DNA from: Catenulispora sp. GP43
Lineage (GTDB): Bacteria; Actinomycetota; Actinomycetes; Streptomycetales; Catenulisporaceae
Reading direction: 5' to 3'
Length of the DNA stretch: 64,000 bases
Assembly: GCF_041260665.1 (NCBI RefSeq)
Contig: NZ_JBGCCT010000019.1
Location: forward strand, 59,492-123,491
The notes below the pieces were generated by a model that was given only the letters and a program-made list of their open reading frames with translations, did not search any database and had not been told where the DNA came from. The position numbers and the translations under genes are program-made. Of this stretch, positions 58,568 to 64,000 are shown piece after piece (positions within the stretch are counted from its first letter, which is position 1; each line of letters begins with the position of its first letter).

Positions 58568-58635
58568 AACAGTGAGGATGCCTCCGGATTCGGAACGTTG
58601 TCAGTCGCGCAGCATACCGGTCGCGGTTGTCGGGA

Positions 58636-59625
58636 TTACCAATGCGCTGATAGCGAGCGCAGCACCGCGCCGCGCACGGAAACCGGCTCCCCCTCGGCGC
58701 CCGGCAGGCCGCCGACGAGTCCGGGCAGGGACGCGCCGAACGGGTCCACGTCGAAGACGTATTCGGATTTCTCGTTGTCCAGGATGAGATCCACTCCCAG
58801 GGAGCGGATCCCGGCGAAGAGCGTGGCGGTGCGCTCGGCCAGCGCGATCAGCCGCTCCCAGCGCTCGGTCGCGAACCGGGTGAGGAAGGCGTCGATCTCG
58901 CGGCGCCTGCCGCCGTACCACTCGCGCAGCGCGTCCCCTTCGCGCTTCACGCCGACGGCGTGGGTGACTTTGCCGTCCAGCACCGCGAACCGGAAGTCGT
59001 AGAAGTTGTTGAGCAGGTGCACGCGGTGAAGCGAGGCGACCGCGTGGATCCCGTCGGGGGCCAGCAGTTCGGCGACTTCGGCCAACTCCCGTCGGTCGCC
59101 GGCGCCCTGGCCGGGAGCGCGCCAGACCTCGAAGCCGGTGCGGGTGCGGTGCCGGAACAGCTGCGTGCGCCAACCGTCGATCATCCACTCGTCGGAGCCG
59201 GCGAACCGGGGTCGCAGGGTGTTGCCGCCGACGGCGGACACGTCGGAGAGTTCCAGCAGCGGAAGGCCGCTGTCGCGCAGGAACGCGTCACACTTCGTAC
59301 GGTCCAGTGCCAGCAGCGTCTGCTCGACAGAGGCCGCGAGGCTCGCGCCGGCCTTGGTGGCCGCCGCGTCCAGGCGTTCCAGGGCTGCTTGAAGGTGCGC
59401 GTACCGCGCACGCTGGCCGCCGACCGGATCGGCCGCGGTGTCAGGGTACAGACGTTCGGCGAAGACCACCTCGCCTGAGCCGAACTCGGCCTCGGAGTCC
59501 ACCACGGCGGACCACGGCACGAAACGCGGCTGTGCGAGGCCGGCCTGCTGTGCCGCACGCGACCATTCGGCGCGCGCCGCCTCGTCCTCCTGGCCGGTCA
59601 CGACCGCCCAGCTCGGCGTGCTCAT
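58636..59625 (-). CDS. STM4014-like uncharacterised protein
   Basis: 329 aa. Overlaps the upstream LRR gene by 4 bp. I recall the adjacent STM4014/STM4015 family pairing; function unknown. Confidence 0.5.
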   Translation of the reverse strand: MSTPSWAVVTGQEDEAARAEWSRAAQQAGLAQPRFVPWSAVVDSEAEFGSGEVVFAERLYPDTAADPVGGQRARYAHLQAALERLDAAATKAGASLAASVEQTLLALDRTKCDAFLRDSGLPLLELSDVSAVGGNTLRPRFAGSDEWMIDGWRTQLFRHRTRTGFEVWRAPGQGAGDRRELAEVAELLAPDGIHAVASLHRVHLLNNFYDFRFAVLDGKVTHAVGVKREGDALREWYGGRRREIDAFLTRFATERWERLIALAERTATLFAGIRSLGVDLILDNEKSEYVFDVDPFGASLPGLVGGLPGAEGEPVSVRGAVLRSLSAHW

Positions 59626-60578
59626 TCGGCGACCGCTATGAATCGGTCGTTGTCGCGGCCCAGCAGTGCTTCGTCCACGTTGATGTCCGCTTCCGGGAGG
59701 GCTTGCCAGAGCCGTTCGATCATCTCGTCGCTGATCCAGTGGTGGTGCAGGTCTAGGCGGTGCAGGTGGGTCAGGGGCTGGCCGGCGAGCAGTGCGGCCG
59801 CGCCGTCGTCGCCGAGGGTTCCGAGGGCGAGGTCCAAGGATTGCAGGCGGGCCACGACGGGGGCGTGGGCGAGGACGGCGGCCAGGGCGTCGGTGTCCTC
59901 GGCGTTGCGCAGGCCCAGGTGTCGCAGGGCTGGGAAGGCGGTGCCGGACAGGATGGCGGCGAGGTCTGCGGCCTCGGCGCCGCCTTCGTAGATCGAGGTG
60001 CCGAGGTAGAGGTCCAGGCCGGTGAGGGCGGGCAGGGTGGAGGCGCCGATGGCGCGGACGACGTGCGGGGGCAGGCCGCCGGTCTGCAGTGTCAGTTCTC
60101 GTAGTCGGTCGTGGGCCAGGGGTTCCATCGACATCTCGGCGGTGCCGCGCAGGCCGAATTCGACCAGGTTCGGGAAGGCGGCGAGCAGCGGGCCGGGGTC
60201 GGGTTGTCCGATCCAGGAGACTTCGGACATCTCCGAGGGGACGTCTCCGACGAACAGTGCTTCCAGGTTGGGGAAGCGGTCGGCGGCGGCCAGGAGTGCG
60301 GCGTGGTATTCGTCCCAGCCGGTGCCGGACTCGCAGGAGTCCCAGGCGGCCAGGGTCAGGGCTTTGACGCGGGTGGTGTCGACGGTCTGGAGGAAGGCCG
60401 GCCAGATCTGTTCGCCGTCGGCCTCGTCGTATTCGTCGGCGCCGACGCGCCAGGCCCAGGCTTCGATGTCGTCGGGGACGCCGCCGGGTTCCAGCTCGGC
60501 CGGGTCGCCGTGGGCGAAGGGGAACACCGGCAGACCGTGGAAGGTGGTCAGGGCGTCGCGTCGGAAATCCTGGATCAC
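59622..60578 (-). CDS. leucine-rich-repeat protein (STM4015-like)
   Basis: Repeated LxxLxLxxN/L segments (LPALTGLDLYLG...LRHLGLRNA...LQSLDLALGTLGDDG...LHRLDLHHHWISD). 318 aa. Confidence 0.6.
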   Translation of the reverse strand: MIQDFRRDALTTFHGLPVFPFAHGDPAELEPGGVPDDIEAWAWRVGADEYDEADGEQIWPAFLQTVDTTRVKALTLAAWDSCESGTGWDEYHAALLAAADRFPNLEALFVGDVPSEMSEVSWIGQPDPGPLLAAFPNLVEFGLRGTAEMSMEPLAHDRLRELTLQTGGLPPHVVRAIGASTLPALTGLDLYLGTSIYEGGAEAADLAAILSGTAFPALRHLGLRNAEDTDALAAVLAHAPVVARLQSLDLALGTLGDDGAAALLAGQPLTHLHRLDLHHHWISDEMIERLWQALPEADINVDEALLGRDNDRFIAVAE

Positions 60579-60624
60579 CCGGGCACGGTATCGGTTGCCG
60601 GGGACACTGTGACGGCCGGCCGTG

Positions 60625-60639
60625 TTGTATACAATCGTG
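60625..60639. promoter_or_regulatory. GntR-type operator TTGTATACAATCGTG (copy 1)
   Basis: Perfect palindrome TTGTATACAA fits the FadR/GntR consensus. Identical 15-mer at 61631-61645. Lies ~50 nt upstream of the LRR/STM4014 operon start. Confidence 0.5.
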
Positions 60640-60700
60640 TTCTCAGAGCTTTGATTCTCAGCGATTGCTGCTTGACGGTGGCAGCATCGGAAGAGAGGGC

Positions 60701-60976
60701 ATGCTCAATACGCCGGGGGGTGCAGTGCTCGGGGTCGTGGTCGTCCCGTTCTTCTGTGCCATGATCCTGACGTTCGTCGCGGCGTTGCTGGTGCTGCTGG
60801 TTCTGCTGGCCGCGCGGATCGTGCTGCTGCCGGTCGCGCTGGCCCGGCGCGTCAGGCTGCGCGCCTGGCTCAAGCCGCCGTTCGACCGCTTCCGCCGGAT
60901 CTGTTCGGCGATCGCAGTGATCGCCGACAGCCTCGAAGACCTCCTGGACAAGATGCCGCCGACTCGCCCTCACTGA
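60701..60976 (+). CDS. small hydrophobic membrane protein
   Basis: ~91 aa with two predicted TM helices. Weak evidence. Confidence 0.3.
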   Translation: MLNTPGGAVLGVVVVPFFCAMILTFVAALLVLLVLLAARIVLLPVALARRVRLRAWLKPPFDRFRRICSAIAVIADSLEDLLDKMPPTRPH

Positions 60977-61617
60977 TCCCGGTGGGCGTCCCGTCCCCGG
61001 GCGATGTGCCGGACCACGATGCGGGCCGCCTTGTCCGGGTCGCCGGATTCCAGGACCTCGACGATCTCGCGGTGCTCGCGCCAGGAATCCTGGGCACGGC
61101 GCGGCAGCTTGGCCGTGTAGACCCACTCCATCTTCCATCTGAGCTGGGTGATCAGCTCGGTGAGGGTCCGGCTGCCGGAGGCCTGGGCCAGGACCTCGTG
61201 GAAGCGGCTGTTCAGCCGGGCCAGCTCCTCCAGGCGGCCGGCGGCCAGCGCGTCGTCGGCCAGTGCCACCAGTTCCTTGAGCCGGCCGAGCTGCTCGGGG
61301 GTGTGGCGGACGGCGGCCCGTGCGGCGCCCAGCGGCTCCAACAGCGAGCGGATCTCGATCAGGTCCTCGGCCTCGGCGTCGTCGAGCTCGGCGACGACCA
61401 CGCCGGCGTAGGGGCGCCGGGCGACGAAGCCCTCGGCCTCCAGCGTGCGCAGGGCTTCGCGGACCGGGACGCGGGAGACGCCGTAGCGCGCCGACAGCGC
61501 CTCCTCGGCCAGCCGGGCGCCTGGGGCGTGGACGCCGCGGATGATGTCGTCACGGATGGCGCGGGTGACGCCGCCGGCTCCGGCGGTCCCGCGGTCCTTG
61601 CCAACCCTGCCGTCCAT
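60970..61617 (-). CDS. GntR family transcriptional regulator (FadR-type C-terminal domain)
   Basis: wHTH (ARLAEEALSARYGVSRVPVREALRTLEAEGFV) plus all-helical FCD domain. Confidence 0.85.
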   Translation of the reverse strand: MDGRVGKDRGTAGAGGVTRAIRDDIIRGVHAPGARLAEEALSARYGVSRVPVREALRTLEAEGFVARRPYAGVVVAELDDAEAEDLIEIRSLLEPLGAARAAVRHTPEQLGRLKELVALADDALAAGRLEELARLNSRFHEVLAQASGSRTLTELITQLRWKMEWVYTAKLPRRAQDSWREHREIVEVLESGDPDKAARIVVRHIARGRDAHRDQ

Positions 61618-61630
61618 CCGTCACCCTTGA

Positions 61631-61645
61631 TTGTATACAATCGTG
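61631..61645. promoter_or_regulatory. GntR-type operator TTGTATACAATCGTG (copy 2)
   Basis: Identical 15-mer to 60625-60639. Lies between the divergent gntR and BASS transporter genes. Confidence 0.5.
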
Positions 61646-61668
61646 CCCGACCGGGAGGTGGAAGGGCT

Positions 61669-62754
61669 GTGGCGAACGTACTACAGGGCGGCGGGCAGGC
61701 CGTGCGTGGCGCTCTGGGCTCGATCAACCGCCTGGGCAGGATCGGCGTCGACCCCTATCTGCTGACCATCCTCGGCACGGTCGCGCTGGCCACGCTGCTG
61801 CCGGCCCGGGGCCCGGCGGCGACCGGCCTGAGCCATGTCACCGTGGTCGCGATCGGCCTGCTGTTCTTCCTGTACGGGGCACGGCTCTCGCCGAAGGCCG
61901 CGTGGGACGGTATGAAGCAGTGGCGGCTGCACGCGGTGATCCTGGCCGCGACGTTCGTGCTGTTCCCGCTGCTGGGGCTGGCCGCCGAGGCCGCGTCCCG
62001 GCCGGTGCTGGGGCCGGAGTTGGCCAAAGGCGTGCTGTTCCTGACGCTGCTGCCCTCGACGGTGCAGTCCTCGATAGCGTTCACGTCCCTGGCCCGGGGC
62101 AACGTCGCGGCGGCGGTGTGCGCGGCGTCGTTCTCCTCGCTGGCCGGGATCGTGGTGACGCCGGCGCTGGCCTCGGTCGTGCTCGGCGGCGCGGTCCGCG
62201 TGAACGGCGGCGCGGTGCTGGCGCTGACCGCGCAGCTGCTGCTGCCCTTCGCCGCCGGCCAGATCGCGCGCCGCTGGATCGCCGGGTGGATCGGCGCGCA
62301 CAAGCCGCTGCTGACGCTCGTCGACCGCGGCTCGATCCTGCTGGTGGTGTACAGCGCGTTCAGCGAGGGCATGGTCGCCGGGGTCTGGCACTCGGTGTCG
62401 GCGGCGCGGCTGGGGGCGCTGGTGGTGTGCTGCGCGGCGCTGCTGGCGGCGGTGCTGACGCTGACCGGGCTGGCCTCGGCGCGGCTGCGGTTCGCGCGGG
62501 CCGAGCGGGTGGCGCTGGTGTTCTGCGGGTCGAAGAAGAGCCTGGCCTCGGGGCTGCCGATGGCGGCGGTGTTGTTCCCGGGGCACGAGCTGAGCTTGAT
62601 GGTGTTGCCGCTGATGGTGTTCCACCAGGTTCAGCTGATGGCGTGCACGGTCCTGGCGCGGCGGTGGGGACAGCGGGACGCCGGCTCCGGCGCGCAGGCC
62701 GGCGGTCCAGCCAGCGATCCGGCCGGGACGCGGTTGGCCGCCGTGCGGGCCTGA
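61669..62754 (+). CDS. bile acid:sodium symporter (BASS/YfeH-like) family transporter
   Basis: GTG with GGGAGGTGGAAGGG RBS. ~10 TM helices. Conserved LPSTVQSS and GSKKSLASG segments typical of BASS. The track ORF start at 60982 is antisense of gntR. Confidence 0.75.
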   Translation: MANVLQGGGQAVRGALGSINRLGRIGVDPYLLTILGTVALATLLPARGPAATGLSHVTVVAIGLLFFLYGARLSPKAAWDGMKQWRLHAVILAATFVLFPLLGLAAEAASRPVLGPELAKGVLFLTLLPSTVQSSIAFTSLARGNVAAAVCAASFSSLAGIVVTPALASVVLGGAVRVNGGAVLALTAQLLLPFAAGQIARRWIAGWIGAHKPLLTLVDRGSILLVVYSAFSEGMVAGVWHSVSAARLGALVVCCAALLAAVLTLTGLASARLRFARAERVALVFCGSKKSLASGLPMAAVLFPGHELSLMVLPLMVFHQVQLMACTVLARRWGQRDAGSGAQAGGPASDPAGTRLAAVRA

Positions 62755-62797
62755 CGCGAGATTCTCAGCGTCCGCGCCGCGTGCGAGTCTTGATCGT

Positions 62798-63622
62798 GTG
62801 AACCCACCTAAAGTCATCGCCACCGACCTGGACCGCACCCTGCTGCAAAGCGGCGGCACCACGTCGGAGCGCACCCGCGCCGCCCTCGACATGGCCATGG
62901 AGCGCGGGGCGCACGTGATAGCCGTGACCGCGCGGCCGATCCGGTGGCTGGACCGGCTCAAGCCGTGCTTCTCGCGGCTGCCGCACGTCATCGCCTCCAA
63001 CGGGGCGGTGTGCTACGACCTGGGGGCCGGCCGGGCCTACGACACCCGGCCGTTCGAGACCGCAACGCTGCCGAAACTGCTGTCCGGGCTGCGCGCGGCG
63101 CTGCCGGACGCCCGGATCGCGATGGAGACGGCATACGGCCTGGTGCGCGAGGACGGTTACGAGCTGTCGACGTTCGACCGGGACGGCGACGATGCCGGAC
63201 GGCTGGTAGTGCCGTTCGAGGACCTGGCCGGGGCGGTGGCGGACCAGCCGGTGCTGAAGCTGCTGACCACGGACCGGACGCGCGACAGCGCCGAGATGTT
63301 CGCCGAGGCGAGCCCGGCGGTCGGGACGCTGGGCCACCTGACCTACTCCACCCGGTACGGCGTGCTGGAGTTGGGGCCGCCCGGGGTCACCAAGGCCACG
63401 ACGCTGGCCGCGTGGTGTGCCGCCCGGGACATCGACGCCGCGGACGTGGTGACCTTCGGGGACATGCCGAACGACATCCCGATGCTGGGCTGGGCCGGCC
63501 GGTCCTACGCGGTGGCCAACGCGCTGCCGGAGGTGAAGGACGCCGCGAAGGGCGTCACGGCGAGCAACGACGACGACGGCGTGGCGCTGATCGTGGAAGA
63601 GCTCTTCGATACCCGGGGCTGA
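62798..63622 (+). CDS. Cof-type HAD-IIB family hydrolase
   Basis: Motif I IATDLDRTL. Cap domain. Motif IV FGDMPNDIPML. Confidence 0.8.
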   Translation: MNPPKVIATDLDRTLLQSGGTTSERTRAALDMAMERGAHVIAVTARPIRWLDRLKPCFSRLPHVIASNGAVCYDLGAGRAYDTRPFETATLPKLLSGLRAALPDARIAMETAYGLVREDGYELSTFDRDGDDAGRLVVPFEDLAGAVADQPVLKLLTTDRTRDSAEMFAEASPAVGTLGHLTYSTRYGVLELGPPGVTKATTLAAWCAARDIDAADVVTFGDMPNDIPMLGWAGRSYAVANALPEVKDAAKGVTASNDDDGVALIVEELFDTRG

Positions 63623-63715
63623 ACTCGAGCTCGTACTCGCACTCGCACTCGGATGCGTCTCAGATGGCGAGACATATCTTCTCGAATATCGAACACTTCA
63701 CTAGAGTCTCCGGCA

Positions 63716-64000
63716 TGACGACGAGGCCGGAGACTTTGGATATGCCGACTCCACAGAACACGTACACCCACGGCCACCACGAGTCAGTCCTCCGCTCGCA
63801 CCGCTGGCGCACCGCGGAGAACTCGGCCGGGTACCTGCTGCCGCACCTGTCCGCAGGTCAGGCCGTGCTCGACGTGGGCTGCGGGCCCGGCACCATCACC
63901 GCCGACCTCGCCGATCGCGTCGCCCCGGGCACCGTCACGGCCGTGGAGATCACCGACGAGGCGCTGTCTCTGGCACGGGAGGAGATCGCCAAGCGCGGCA
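63716..64000 (+). CDS. class I SAM-dependent methyltransferase (5' part; runs off window end)
   Basis: VLDVGCGPGTITADL motif I. No stop within the window. Confidence 0.6.

Noticed and set aside
1-64000. CRISPR arrays, integrases, transposases, prophage or IS elements
   Set aside because: No short direct repeats with spacers. No tyrosine/serine recombinase or DDE transposase motifs in any frame. The only tRNA-related feature is the atypical permuted tRNA-like region at 26009-26288.

Overview
High-GC (~70%) actinomycete-type chromosomal segment (Streptomyces/Catenulispora-like codon usage), densely packed with about 65 protein-coding genes on both strands. No rRNA, CRISPR, integrase, transposase or other recognisable mobile element was found. 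Housekeeping genes recognised from motifs: arginine--tRNA ligase (argS), M3 peptidyl-dipeptidase (dcp), O6-methylguanine methyltransferase (ogt), a PlsC-like acyltransferase and a YbaK deacylase. Accessory content: three divergent TetR/MFS efflux pairs; two ECF sigma/anti-sigma pairs; several GNAT acetyltransferases and alpha/beta hydrolases; a GH16 glucanase and a very large secreted discoidin/LamG protein; a methionine gamma-lyase with a divergent Lrp regulator; and an SPFH/flotillin-like protein. Most interesting, in window order: (i) a rhaM-like gene and a truncated AraC cupin gene that read into each other with no stop codons, pointing to a deletion; (ii) an uncharacterised STM4014/STM4015-like pair flanked by two identical GntR-type operators; (iii) a small vWA protein next to an RqlH-like RecQ helicase with a C-terminal PRTase-like domain; (iv) a GATC-containing repeat recurring at convergent gene ends; (v) an intergenic region (26009-26288, minus strand) with tRNA-sized cloverleaf elements whose halves are circularly permuted (T-arm and 3' acceptor strand, short loop, then 5' acceptor strand and D-arm, open at the anticodon stem). 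It lies downstream of a K/E-rich hypothetical gene and upstream of a rho-independent terminator. All calls are from motif-level reading of the sequence and ORF track, not from database searches.
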